Source of the DNA: Phoronis australis
Lineage: Eukaryota > Animalia > Phoronida
Length of the DNA: 57,329 nt
Direction: 5' to 3'
Assembly (NCBI GenBank): GCA_002633005.1
Contig: NMRA01000138.1
Location: 592,274 to 649,602 of the forward strand
Below, in pieces: positions 1 to 13,836 of this stretch (its first letter is position 1; each line of letters opens with the position of its first letter). The position numbers were made by a program, and so were the translations under genes. A model generated the notes under the pieces. It had not been told where the DNA came from, did not search any database, and saw only the letters and a program-made list of their open reading frames with translations.

Positions 1-282
1 AAAATGGCGGCGTTCAGGACAAGTTCCTGAACTGATGAGCCGGAAATGTGGGTACGGAAATAACCGATGACAACCGGTAATCATACGCTCAGAGAAAAGG
101 GTCAAATACGGTTGAAAAATCGCTTTTGGCAAGAAAGGCGAAAAGAATGTAAAGAAAGGGTGTCGAAAATAAGATTTTATGTAGTAAGTATTTTCGGATA
201 CTAGAACCACATGGGCAGTTTGCAACAAGGACTTTAAGGTGCAGGATTAGGAAATTTGGTCCATTTCGACATATCATCCATG

Positions 283-1358
283 AATCAGATATATCCTGGC
301 TTAAGATTTAATTGCAAGCTTAAAGCTACCGATCACAAGTTTTCGATATATCAACTACGTATCTCACGGTGTCTGATGTATTTTGACTAAGTGTTTCTTG
401 TTTTAGCGATCAAACCAACAGGCAACATATCACCACAAGGCTGAGAAATATAGAATGTATCTGATCTTACCTACCAGGTGGCAGTGTTTAAACAATGTAT
501 CTGATATATTGTGAGTTTGTAAGTAAGTTCATGCTCAAACATGGCGACGGAGTTCAACCAGGGCGAGCTATGCGATGAAATAATCGACTCCCGATATAAT
601 GGATCATTTCGACTCATTAATGTCATTACTAGCCGCTAGGTTCATGTATTAAGAGTTTCTGATTACTCAAGTTCATGCACAAATCTGTGTGACCCTAATG
701 GTGTAGGAGTTCAACCAGCATCACCTTAGCTATCAAGGCAGCGAAATAGCCGATAATGCACTCACGATATGTCGGATACATTTCGACCCATTAATATAAT
801 TCCTCGTGGGAGTTTTACAAAAACCTCCAACAGGACCTACTTTGTGTGCGTTATTTAGTACAAGTTAAAAAAAGGAGTTAATGTATCGGATATATTGTGA
901 GTAAAGAGATCAGAATATAGATCCGATATATCATGAGTTAATCACAATGGTGCGAGCATAGGGGCCAATAAAGGAATCAAAGTATGTGATATATCATGAG
1001 TTTTTGGTGGAATCTCTGGTAGTCAACCCTAGTGTTAAGTAAAAGAGATCAGAATATGGAATGTATCAGTTATATCGTGAGTTAATCATAAAAAGGAGGT
1101 CTTGCATTTGCGATCCTAGCAGCCAATAGAAGAATCAAAGTATCCATATATCATGAGTTATTTGGTAGAATCGCTTATAGATGAGGCTAGTGGCCAGTGA
1201 AGAGGCCACAATATATCCGATATATTGTGGTTTATCTAGTATACTATCTGGTAGTGATCGAATATATGCGATATATTGTGAGTTAATGAACACGTCTCCT
1301 TGCATACGAACACAGCGACTGGCAAAGAGATGAATATATCCGATATATCTTTAGTTAT
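283..1358. repeat. dispersed array of a ~22-nt motif (AATRTATCCGATATATYRTGAGTT), probably transposon-derived
   Basis: About 11 clear copies (near 494, 880, 918, 979, 1060, 1138, 1209, 1261, 1333 forward; 588 and 760 reverse) plus degenerate ones, with higher-order duplicated blocks. Confidence 0.7.
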
Positions 1359-4300
1359 TATGATCTGAATCTCTGCTAGATGACCTGTTGCACAGAATGT
1401 AACCAATATGTTGTGGGTAATTTTGGTGAATATTCATGAAGATAGTTGAGTTCTGACATGCGCAACGTCTAGTGGTCAAACATAAGCAGTTCATCATGCG
1501 AAATTTCATAGATTTTACATAGGGCACAGATGGGCTATATTCGTAATCCCACACCATACTCTATAAATGAAACCCTGCTTTCACAACCAGTTATTCTCTC
1601 TGAATAACCTATAGAACCCACCTATCCGACTATTACAGTTATGTTTTCTGACAAGCTGTTGACAATTCTGAACTTTTCCTGTACTATTAGTCTGTAGTTC
1701 GTTTAGGTTTTGCAACTAGCACAGGTAACATTTCGATTTACAAAATGTAGGCAAATTTTTGTTTTCCGATATGTCTTGTATATACGGTATTTACAGATTG
1801 GTTACGTGTCTAGTAGCGAATACCAAGTCATATTTTCCGTACTCACATTGGCGGTGGTTACTTAGTTGCCAAACCGGCACGCAAATTTTACTTTAGTTGC
1901 TCAACTCACCAAACGTGACCTAAGTACCAACACACCTCTTGCTTCGTTTTCTGACAAGCTATTGACAGTGTTGAGCTTTTCCTGTATATTTAGTCTATTT
2001 AGGCACCGAAATTTGACTTTTTGTGTTCTCTTCATGAAATGAGATCACGTGGGTTAGTGTGCAATTAAGCACACCTACAAACATTTAGAATTAAAATCCA
2101 GGAAGTCTCATGTATTATTACTGGCCAATCTCTGCTTCAGATATTATTCATGTCATACAAAAACTGTTGACGACGTCATGAGCTGAAACGTTATGGCCAA
2201 CGGTGAATTTCTAATGATCAGTGCTGTTTTTAAACACATTTTTGAACTCTTAGGGTTTTGATATTTGTTTAGGTAATATGTATTAAGAAAACAATTAAAA
2301 ACAACATGCTTACTACAATACTTAAAAACGTGATGACATTTGATCATTTTGAATGGGCAACCTCAGATTTCACGGAGCACATCAGTTTCAACTTAGTGTT
2401 GTTGTAACATTGGATGCTAACTACGGTTATATAAATACACACAGGTACAACACTTCAGCCCAGAATTTTAGAGTTGCCTAACTTCAGCTGCCCATATTAA
2501 AGGTAAATCTGCACTTATGTCCAAGAAACGATACAACGAACTATGGAATGATTATTCTTTCTCTTGATAGCTTTCTTGTGTCTTGCTCCTGTGAGTTCAC
2601 TCCAAATTTGCGATGAAGCAACAAAAAACTGTCCTCTTGTACAATCCACTACAGCTGATTGTATGTTAGTCAACATGTGGATTCATCGTGGAAGGTCGCG
2701 ACTTCAATTACTTAATGCTCAGCCTCTCGAAGGAAAACCAGTTCATAACCTTACATAGCGTATTGACGAGTGCCGTCACCTATCTGAACTTGAGTTTGAG
2801 CTTGAACTTTCGGACGTACATCAGATTTCAAGGGGAGATTTTGGTGTGTCATCCCAAATATGGCTGTTCATGGTTTGCTGAACTGCTGTTTCAATTTTGT
2901 TTGATATGGTTGAAGGAAGTTGTGCAATGCCTTTGTGTACATTATATTATACTCTACTGGTGACATCAGAAGCAGGGCATTGTTGACAACCTGCAGCTTG
3001 CTAGTGTAACCTCAGATTTTGTTTGGCGACTTGGTAAAAATTCAAAGCCATCTCAAAGTTACCCAATTTTTGCGAGTTGCAACCAAGACAAAAAAGGTCG
3101 GCAAATGAGAATTCACTTTTTATTTAGTTAAATATTTGCTGTGACTTCCAAACTTTAAGAACTTAATTTTTTTCCAAATACAATATGTTTGTTTAAAATT
3201 GTTCTATTTATTGTGTGAAATCGGTACATCTGCACTCGCTTGAAGAGTCGAATTTGCTTGGCAAAAATGGCAAGACCCGACCATGAACATGCATAAACAA
3301 TGTAACCTAATCTCATGCTTTCTTTAGAGGTAATACCTCAACAGGTATATTGGTCCTCGCTGTGCATGTGGCCTGTCACTTTTTCCGTTTGACTAAAAAT
3401 GCTGCTCAGATGGCACCATCGTATATATTTCATAGCTCTGGTGAGCACGTTTCCGTTTAGCAACCTGGAAATTTTATCAGGTCGCATTTCCTGAATTGAT
3501 GTTTTACTAAGTGTACTTTCCTTTGAAGATTCAGATACTTAGGTTTCAGTTACTTTTCTTGTGTGCTCTACATGGGAAATTTGTTGATCAAGATAGATGA
3601 ACTAAGCCTACAATATTAGATATGGGTGGCATGTTTTAGACCGCTTAATCAACATTCTTTTTCTTACAGTGGCAGACGCACTGCATTTGCTTCGTTTGGG
3701 GTCTCCAGCAATGCCCTTTATTAATTCATTGTCTTAAATGCCACATCAAATTTTCAAATATGGAAATCAAAATTTTATGACAGAATCAGCTTATATACTA
3801 GCATTCACTGTAGCGTGGGAAAGGCTGTCCCAACATAACTTAAATTAAGAAAATCAAAAGGAGAAAATTGTGAAACACAACATTTAATTGGAATTATTAA
3901 CAGTTACACCATGTGGCACTGCTAGAAGATAACATCAAATTGAAGCCATTTAAAAATATGTGGTTTGTAATTGATATGGAGATAGCCTCTAGGATGGAGA
4001 TGGTAGTCAAGTCATAGTTCCTTAGTTTGGTTCAGACCCTGAGACTCCTGACTGTCTGACCAATCTCACATGCACTGGTATATCGCAGTCCAGCAGGAAC
4101 GCCCTTGCTTAGAACACAAATCAAGATACTGGTAAGTTACTTGGCTCCATTTAAACAACATGCACCCTTGCTACACAGTACTTATCAGTATACCTCCACT
4201 GCCCATTGCAAGCTCTCACCTGAGTACTGTGTTCTACCAAGTAACATACCATCAACGATTAAAGTGGTTTCTGTTTTATGTTGACAATAAACAATATAGT

Positions 4301-7300
4301 CCATACCGTAATGGGATCTCTGGTATTCAGCTGCTCAATTAGGGGAAAAGGCGCTTGGTAAATAATTGAACTATTCCAATTTCTCTTAAGATATCTCTTG
4401 AAAACCATTTGTTCATCAGTGATGATTTTGCTATCAAGATATTTATCTGTGGGGCTTTACGCTCAGTATCACATGAACTCGTCAACTGCGACCGGGCAAA
4501 ATTCCCAGGTCAGCAAACAGGAAATGAGCTCAATGAAACTAGCAAGCTCTATAGGCAACGGGTACCGCATCGTGAGGGTAGATTATCAGAACACTTTGTT
4601 GGGGGCCCTAACAGTTTTTGTCGTGCTCCACCGTTCATCTGTTTACTTCCTGTTGTGGTTAGAGCACATGCTCGTATGTGTGCTGAGTGTGGCAGATACA
4701 CTGATTTCACGGAATATTGTAAACCAAAGATATTGTATTTGTAAGAAAATTGTTATTCCTTTTTAAGGTTTGGAAGTCCACACGAATTTCAAAGTGAATT
4801 GTGGGTGACTTCTTTTTTGACTGATTTTGTTTAAGATTTGGAAATTTTGCCAGTTTGCTTAACAAAATCAGGTCACATTGGCGAGCTGCAGATTGTCAAA
4901 TTGTACCCTGTTGGTACTGTTTAGTGGAATTAAATTGTTGCTTGGAGCCTTGTTCAAATGAACATTGAACATTGATTTATGGTTCTACATGATCATTTTC
5001 TCTCGTTAAGAGTTACAAACAAGTTGAAGATCATGAAACACTGACTTTTAAAATTTTTGTTAACTAAATGGTTATTTCACTTCAATAGGCTCCCATTACT
5101 GTTGTGATCTCTGTTAATGCTGGGTAGCAAAACATTCCAAAAGAACGTGATACCGTAAAGTACAAATACCAAGGTCAATTCTAATAAAATGAACATTTCT
5201 TTACCTGGCTTATTAATTCGTTACACCAGTCAGCCCAGTTGCTTCTCTAAAAGTCCACTCATTTACGTTACTTGCAATTTGCTCCCAGATGCTCCCAGTG
5301 TCCTGGAAAGGTCACACCAGTGCGTTTGATGTCATAAGTAGTATAACTTGAGTGAGTGTTTTGGTATCAGAATTGTGGTTGGTAATTATTCCAAATTTTA
5401 TTCCAAGCATTGTTTCTGGAACATGAAAACTGAAAAGGTCGATTAAAAATGGAAGCTTACGATGTATCAAGATTTCCAGTCGAGTTTATTTGCTGTATCG
5501 TGTGAACACGGAGTTACTTTGCATATCACCGCTTCCTCTACTTGCTCCAATTCTTTGTCGTCTACTTCATTGTCATCTCTTTCTTACTGTTCGCTTTGAT
5601 AATATTCAAATTCCTCATAAAAATCGGATAAATCCATTATTGTCTATGATGCACTGCATATGTTGTCATAAGTTTGATTCAGCTGATATGCGTAATAGTT
5701 ACAATGAATAATGAAAGTTTATAGCAATTCAGACATGGTGAGATATTTACTTCTCAAACACTAATAACCCAACCTTTAGTTAAAGGAGTTTGTGCCAGTT
5801 CAAGAGTAGAATTATCTTTGCAGTATTCTGGCTTTTTAGTGAAGCCAAATGTTAAGCTAAGCTGTAACTTAGCATTTTCTCGTGGCAATCTCAATAGCAT
5901 CATGCCTATTTTTGTCAATGATTACGGTATTCTAAGAAGTAAGAATGGTTTTGACGTATTCTGATTAACTTTCTGGCACCTACATTGACTGATTGGTGTT
6001 TGGTCAAAGCCTGTTTTTGAGCAATGTTCAGGTCCGAGAACTTGAATGTGGATTGTTTACCATTTTGTGCAGTGGTCTGCCAAGTGACCAATCATTCATG
6101 GAATTCCTACCTGTTGGTTATGCTGCTGTGCATTTGTTGAACTGGTGTTCCTATTGGCTAGACTGTGTTGTGGAAGGCATAAATGAATAAATCGCAGGAC
6201 TTGTTTACTACATCTTGTTGGAATGCACAGGGTTTAAAATATTCCACACTTCCGCCTTTCTGAAAGTAATTTTGTGTGGGAGATGAGAATGTCAGTTTTT
6301 TTCCATAGCAGCAATTAAATATTGGTCGACTAGAGATTCCATTGGTTTTGAATTGGTAGCTATAATTTTGGGAATGAAAAATTCTGCTGTGGAAATGTCA
6401 GTATGTGTGTAATACCAACCTACAATATGAGAAGGAATTTGCGACTTGAACTTGAAAGGTGGAAGCTGTATGATTTCATTTTAGAACCGTATGCATGAGT
6501 GACTAAAAATATTTAGCTGACACCCACTCTGATTTTCCTCTTCCAGCACAATTAAGCAACTACAATACCCACAGTGAACTATCACCATGACTTTTTGCAC
6601 GATTTTTCGTGTCTGTCAAACTGGATGTATTGGGGAGACCTAGTCATGAAGCTGGTTATTCATTTCTGACTGACTTGGCCTGTTTGTAAAGGTGACCTAG
6701 AATCAGCGCATGTGAAGCTCATCAAACCCTGACATACAATTGTTCAATGGGTCAGGCTTTAATCATCTTTTATAGTCCTTAGGTTTTCCTGTAATCCACA
6801 ACCCTTAGGCACACATGGCAATCATTATTCAGGTTTTTTCACTGGGTTGTCAGAACAAATGGTGTTAAAAAAGTGCAAGTTGATAAGCGAATTTAAAATT
6901 TCGTATGGGAGTCCAGCTTACAATCTGCACAAGGAAAGTAGAGGTGATATGAATGAACAAATAGCATGGGGTGCTGTTGTTGCACTGTTGTTAGGATGTA
7001 ATGTAAGCACTGCAGTTGGAACCTAGCCTTAGATGCTCTTTGATTCCCTCATGTGGAGTTCAGTAAGCTGAGACATCTGACTGGTTTGTAAGTTAGTCAA
7101 GGTAATCCTTGTCTATGGGATCCAGTCTAATGTTCTGTTTATGCTGCACAAGTTAACATGGTTCAGCTGACACTGAATGAGATGATCTAACCCAGACAGG
7201 GCAAAGTGACACATCAGTGGTAACTTTTGTCACCCTCTTGTGAGGTAGAGCAAATTGCAGCTGATCATCTTGCCCCATGTCAGCTATACAGCCTATACAT

Positions 7301-7513
7301 CTAAATGCAAAACTGGGGCAAGGCAGAAGGGAGCATCCCTATTTTGCTTGCGTAACAACATAATATATTTTCGCACAATTTCTGCATATAGCAATTATAA
7401 GTTCAGAACAACTAATTATAATGAAATTGTTAGAAAATTAACGTAGAAAATAAATCCGAAACTAAAAGACGATCCAGATCCTCTAAAGGATACACTTGTG
7501 TGTCGAAAAGTAG

Positions 7514-7800
7514 AATAAATATACGTAAATAAAACAACAAAAATGGATCACTGAAATGTTTGGATATAGTAACATCCTTCATCAATAGAAACAGAAACAG
7601 AAATAAAGTAACATCAAACACTGATATAACAGAAATAAAGTAAAATCAAACATATGACATAATGAGCATGATACGCCATATATCAGATGTCAATTGTCAT
7701 ATAGTTTCATTTTACTTCATTTCGGTTTCTGTTGACGAAGGATGTTACATCTGAAAATTTCAGTGATCTATTTTTGTTGTTTTATTTACGTATATTTATT
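7514..7800. repeat. inverted pair of a ~140-bp interspersed repeat, Penelope pLTR-like
   Basis: aataaatatacgtaaataaaacaacaaaaatggatcactgaaat at 7514 is the near-exact reverse complement of the sequence ending at 7800; a third copy lies at ~14255-14385. Confidence 0.75.
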
Positions 7801-9655
7801 TAAGAAATCTGCACGTAGTTAACAGCCCTAGTTCAATTCAAATGCTTGTACAACACAGATGAAAGTGTTAAGCAGCTGATCAAAAAAATTCATTGAAGTA
7901 AAATTCAATGACACGTATTGCATTCACTCCAGTGGAATTAGAAGCAGTGCAATGTTAATGAACTGTAAGTTCTTTTCCGTCTCCATTTTCCACCTTGCCA
8001 CTGTCTCTGAGCTGTGTGTGTGTGTAAACAACCGCTTGACACCTATCATCCAGCACTCTGTCAGTTGCACTGTGTCAAAAGTTAATGTCTAAACTGGACT
8101 AAAGGGTGACCTGGGTGACCTGGTGTAAGCCAGAAGACTGAATTAGTGGAAGCCTTTTTGGCAAACGTATGAGCTATCTGCTATCTAGTCCCTTGACTAC
8201 AATGGCTGTTAATTCATGAAGATTTGTTGTTTCTTATTCAGTTCAGGTATTACATCATTGTTTTGCCTTATAAGGGCACTTTTAACAGATGACTGGGTTG
8301 TGACAAGATTGAGTAATTTATTGATACCATCCTATTGGCAGACAGGCCTGTATTCTACTGAGTGATGTCAAGTGTTTAGTTGTAGGAAGCCTGGTATTGT
8401 TATGCCTGTGTCATAAGTAGGAGAACATGGAAAGAAAATTGTGAACTGCGGGATCCTGTCTTTGAAAAAGTATGCATAGCGTACATGCATAATTAATAAA
8501 CAAGAACAACTTGGTTGTACAAAATTGATTATTTTATCAGTGAAGCTACTGATATATTTTGTATGGTTGTGTTTGTTCCTAATATACATTAAAGTAAATA
8601 GTTGGTTCTGATGGAAGCAAACAGTTGCATCTGTATTGGTTTATTAATGCCGCAGGCGTGAAACTGGTTTGGTGCTCATACATCTTGTAACTTTAACAGC
8701 AACATGGAGTTTCTGTGTACACTTAGTGTAATAAACTTGTGTTCTTCATTACTGTAATTTCATTTAGTTTTGCTGAATTATCCTCAGCCAGGATTCTCAT
8801 GTGCTCTGACACTGAGTTTGTAGCAGTGGAAGTCTCTGAAAATATTTGCTTAGAAAAGTATTGATTGCCTTAATGACAGATAAATACGGCGCGGAGACGC
8901 GGTATTATTCCTGCTATTCAATTCAATGTAAACTTTCAATTTGTGAAGTGGCTCGGCATTTGTTCTCTTTGGTAATTTTTGCATGATTGCGAAAGCTGTT
9001 GGATGTGTTGGCCATTTTACTGCTCACATTTAAAAACCAGTCTGATATTTGTTTTTTGGTCATTGATTTAATGAGCGTCTGTGAAATTCATCGACTGGAG
9101 TGCACATATCATGGTGTACCATACATAAATTCATTAAAAACAGGCTACCCTAAGTGCTGCTTTCTTGTGGTGACGTTACTGATGATCAATATTGTGCTAC
9201 TAGTTCTGCAAGGGTATTTTTGATTATTGGCATGTTTTGAGCCTGTTCATCTACAAAAGTGATGTTTCGTTATGTACTTCAGAATATAACTTACCTGTTA
9301 AAACTGAAGTTGATGTTCCATGTTATAAACAAAAGTTAAATGTTAAAATGTACGGGCATGACGATTCTCTTTGTAGTAAGGGTTGTCTTTTTACTGACAA
9401 TTTATACCAATGTAACTTGGTTGTTACACAGCTCTGAACCATTTTACCCTAGGTTCATATTTGCTTGCCTGGCCTCAATCTGTTGACGGTTTTTGCTCAC
9501 AACTTCTTTGTCAGCTTCTCCCTAGAATCTTTCAGTACAATGTTAGTTGTATTCTTATAACACTCAAACTGTTGGAAACTGTGAAGCAAGCAGAGAATTA
9601 AAGTATTGTTCAAAAACTTTTTAGTGGGTACAGTTTGTGTGATGGTCCATTTCAG

Positions 9656-9840
9656 GCACTGGAGAGTCGGGCAAGAGCACTTTCATCAAACAGATGAGGA
9701 TTATTCACGGTGATGGCTACTCGGATAACGACAAGCGTACCTTCATCAAGCTGGTCTACCAGAATATATTCATGGCCATGACAGCTATGATCCGCGCCAT
9801 GGACACGTTGAAAATTCAATACAGAGACCACAGTAATGAG
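9656..9840 (+). CDS. GNAQ: G protein alpha-q subunit, coding exon 2 (P-loop)
   Basis: ttcAG|GC...GAG|GTaagc; translates (G)[38 protein letters not shown]...; 185 nt, matching the recalled size of vertebrate GNAQ exon 2. Confidence 0.97.
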
Positions 9841-10856
9841 GTAAGCTTAAGTTAGTTGGGCACTGTGGAAATTTGTCACTGCGCTGCTGACAGTGGAAAT
9901 CAGTTTTCAAGTGTCAGTCTGCTTGTCATGCATATGACATCCTCGCATTGCAGCATTCTCTGATTCACTTTTAGCAGTAGTTTGTCTTTTGAAAATACTC
10001 TTAGTTGTTTCCATGTTTCTTCTAGCCAGAAGTGCATTCGTGACTGGCAAATTAACTCACTGAGCTAACTTATGTCACTCTGAGTTAATACTTCTTAACT
10101 GAGATCAATTATGGTGAGAGGGAAGAAAATTATCTAATTTTGAGTGCACACATGTTGCATGCATGTTAGTAAATTGCTCTTTATCAATCTGTAAAGTGCA
10201 TTTGATCATGTAGTTTTCCATATTGTAAGTGTCTGTAAAGTTCAATAAAAAAGTTTTGGGGAAAAATGTTATAACGTGGTTATGGTGCACAAAATTGTAT
10301 TTGGAAAACAGTGACGTTTGGTGTGTTAAGTTCACTTGATTTTCCAAGTGGTTTTACTTTTCACTTATAAATTGTTTGTCTGTTAGAAATGATAGAGCGA
10401 CTGTCAATGATGTCTTCACGTATTAGTGGTGACATGTCTCATAGTTTTGAAGACAGGCCACATAAAGTGAAAATAAGTTCACGATGTTCAGCAATAAGAG
10501 AAAACATTAAAACATGTACTTCCATTTCTTTTTACAAATTTAGAGCATAAAATGAGTCATTGATCACTAAAAAAGATTCATTTGTAATTTACAGTCCTGT
10601 AAGCATGTATATTTTATTGTCTTCATTTTCTTACCGTTCTTACAGTTTTTGCATTCATTGTGTTTGTGCACTTCCAGTGTAAATAGTCTGTAACAGATGT
10701 TGGTTTAAAAAAACTGATGCTGAGTTAGAAGGTCATCTTCAGAGAACTGAATGTTTTGACAAAAATGCAGCAACATTAAAACTTATTTCATGAAATCTTT
10801 ACTAAAATCAAAAAAAACCTAAGAATATCTGTTTAGGTGTTAGTATACGCTGAGTG

Positions 10857-11044
10857 TAGTCATTTTTTCAAGTAGCCATTTTTAAGTAGCCAGTTTTTCA
10901 AGTAGCCATTTTTTCAAATAGCCATTTTTTCAAGTAGCCATTTTTCAAGTAGCCATTTTCAAGTAGTCATTTTTTAGATAGCCATTTTTTAGATAGCCAT
11001 TTTTTAGATAGCCATTTTTCTGGTAGCCATTTTTTCAAGTAGCC
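10857..11044. repeat. minisatellite, 14-16 bp unit (TTTTTCAAGTAGCCA), ~12 copies
   Basis: Tandem units directly visible in GNAQ intron 2. Confidence 0.92.
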
Positions 11045-11687
11045 TTCTTGTGATTCCTAGTGACTAGCTTATGAAAGCAAAACCTTCCTTTCTTAACAAT
11101 GACCATTAAAGAGAGTAAACGCTCTTTAACAAAATATCTCTATGCTATGGTTCACTTCAGGCTGTGTGGCTGTATTAACCTTTTGTGGGACAAGGCTCTC
11201 AAAATGAGGCAGACTAGTTGACCGTTGCATGAAGAGATAATCTAGCAAGGTCCATCAAAATACTTATTTATAGACAGAATATGTTTGACCAGTGATGCCT
11301 TCCTTTGTATATCAAATACACATAGCTTGCTAACATTTTGGCCATTCGTGAACCACACAAATTCGTTTGACGTACTGGATGTGGTGCACAGGCTGTATGT
11401 TTCCAAACCCTGGCTTTGAAGTGAAGCCGGGTGGCAAACAATTTGCTGCCTTCTACTCAGGAAGATAAAAACTTGTTTAGTAAATGTGAATCTGTCATGC
11501 AAAAGGCCTAATTGTAGCAAGGTGGGCTGTAGTTTTGCTTTTGAGGGTGGTATTTAAATAAACGCTGAAACATGTCAAGCTGATGTAATCCATCGTTGTT
11601 TTATCAACATAATTGTATGATTTTTGGCTCATATACCTTGTTAACCCAAGTTGATGTCTGTATTCATGCACACACTTGTTTACAAAG

Positions 11688-11842
11688 GAAAATGCCAGCA
11701 TGGTGCGTATGGTTGACTACGAAACTGTGACAACATTCGAGAAGCAGTACGTAGACGCAATCAAATGTTTATGGGCGGACAAAGGAATACAAGAGTGCTA
11801 CGACAGGAGGCGAGAGTACCAGCTAACAGACTCTGCAAAATA
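11688..11842 (+). CDS. GNAQ: G-alpha-q exon 3
   Basis: aaAG|GAA...TA|GTgagt; [51 protein letters not shown](Y); 155 nt. Confidence 0.96.
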
Positions 11843-13039
11843 GTGAGTGCACATTAATGGCAACGTAACACTTAGCTAAGAGATAATTTACATCCATATT
11901 GGGGTATAAACTGGTGAATGGCAAGTTCTTTGTGGTTCCAGCAACTTTTCTTGGCTATACTTTCACATTATATTTTTAGTAAATCATATGGTATACTGAG
12001 GAAGGTCTGGAGCTGCTGTTCTACAATATATCTCCTTTGTCATGACACTCAAGTGTTTCATTTTAACTTGAAGTTGATTAGCTGGTTACTTCCTTGTGAT
12101 GTAAAGCATTCTTTTGGTTCACAAACAAGGAAGGAGGAAGTTCCTGGGTTTATCAGTTCCATGTGACTTGTAAGTATTGTGGTACAGGAGTGCTCAGTAT
12201 TCTCTGAAATAGAAAATTGCAACTGTACGGGAATTACAAAATTTCACGTTCTTGTCTGTCAGCATCATGAGGGGGTTTTAATGTGGAATCCTGGAGTTGG
12301 TCATTACACTGGTGCCAAAATTTCAAAATGTGGCTTAGGTGGTTTGATGTAGACATCAGTCAAACTCAGTTACATGGACTAGATGTTTGTGATCTTGCCA
12401 CGACTAGTTGGTGGCAGTACTCTGATGATAGCACAATGTACAGCTCATGCTTACAGTTTAGCCTGCGGGCCTGAATCTGAAATAATGCATGTCGTCAAAA
12501 GAAATTTGTTTTAGTCTATTTTTTCCATACCAATTCATACACATAAACTTCATTTCAGGCGTAGGGTTGGGTGCCGGTGTTTGAAAACTGATACTGATAC
12601 TGATACTGCCATTTTGAACCAGATATCAAATGCTATCACTACACCAAAGAGATACCCAGAAAGTATTTGTTGTTTTTGAATGATTTTAGATATGATGTGT
12701 TACACTTTTAGCCTTAGAACACAGTTGCATAGAAATAACTTCCAGTCATATACAGCCAGTCAGAGAAGTCCATTGCTCTTGTTCGACAGTGTTGGACCTT
12801 GATACGTGCATACGCGTTGTGTCTGTAATGCCAATAGAACAGTGAACACCAGCAACAATTTGCAGTTTTTTGTCCTACTTTATGGATCTATTGTTACTGG
12901 CATATTGCACTCTCTGAGATTAAATGTGTTGGTACTTTGTCTGTGTATTGTGTTCAGAAGCTGCCAACATAAGTACTGCCATTGTTGATTGAACCTTGTC
13001 ATTGTTAATGCTATAGCCATGTTGTCTGTTGTTATCCAG

Positions 13040-13168
13040 TTACCTAGAAGATGTAGAGCGCCTGGCCGCACCCGACTATTTACCCACACTTCAAGACATT
13101 TTAAGAGTAAGAGCACCAACTACTGGTATAATAGAATATCCCTTTGACCTGGATAGTATAATATTTAG
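13040..13168 (+). CDS. GNAQ: G-alpha-q exon 4 (switch I)
   Basis: ccAG|T...AG|GTaggt; [42 protein letters not shown](R); 129 nt. Confidence 0.96.
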
Positions 13169-13836
13169 GTAGGTATATTACACTGCTCTTCCATCAACTC
13201 TTGTGTATTCAATGTCTGAAAGCAGTACCGGGGTTTGTATTAATCAATACTGGCCACTTCATAGTTTCCTGGGGGTGCATGCACTCAGACTTCTAGCTTT
13301 CCAGTTTGTCAAAGTGAAGCAACATCGTGCTAACGTAAAGCAGGATGTAGCTTGTGTGTGGCGTGTCAGAATGCGGTGAAATGTGGCCAAATACCAACGA
13401 AATAACTGCCACTGAAATGTGATTTGATGACTAGTTGATGTGCTGGGCTTTAGGAGTGAATGGTTCTAAACACCAGTGGTTTTCACTATTTTAGTTATCT
13501 AAGGTCGAGTTATCTTGCCACAAGTACTTTGTGAATGACTCGTCTAGGTGGAAGTGCCCCTGGGTAATGGCTGCTGTGAAAGTTGTGTGGAGTCTTATTA
13601 ATAAGTCTGTGTATTTAGGCAAGCATTTAATAATTTTAGAATAGAATTTAACTATGTAAATGTACATATTTTTTGAAAGTAGAAAACAGCTCTCATTTTA
13701 TTTCTTGCCTTAGATGAGTTTCTATCGTTTGTTCTTTTGATGATGTCGCTTGGGGAGCTACTGCACAGATGCGATCCGCACAACAATGAGTATTATTAGA
13801 CAATACGAGAAATGTAGAAAGAAGTTGTCCAACAAT

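Noticed and set aside
1-190. GNAQ exon 1, or a decayed MADF-domain start (EPEMWVRK*...NRFWQE)
   Set aside because: No MACCLS...KLLLL sequence found anywhere in 1-9655; the MADF resemblance needs frameshifts and is too weak to support.
283-1358. CRISPR array
   Set aside because: Eukaryotic intron, degenerate repeats in both orientations, irregular and partly homologous spacers, no cas genes.
4398-4766. Overlapping 122-aa and 111-aa ORFs
   Set aside because: No recognisable domain, non-ATG starts, intronic; probably repeat-derived.
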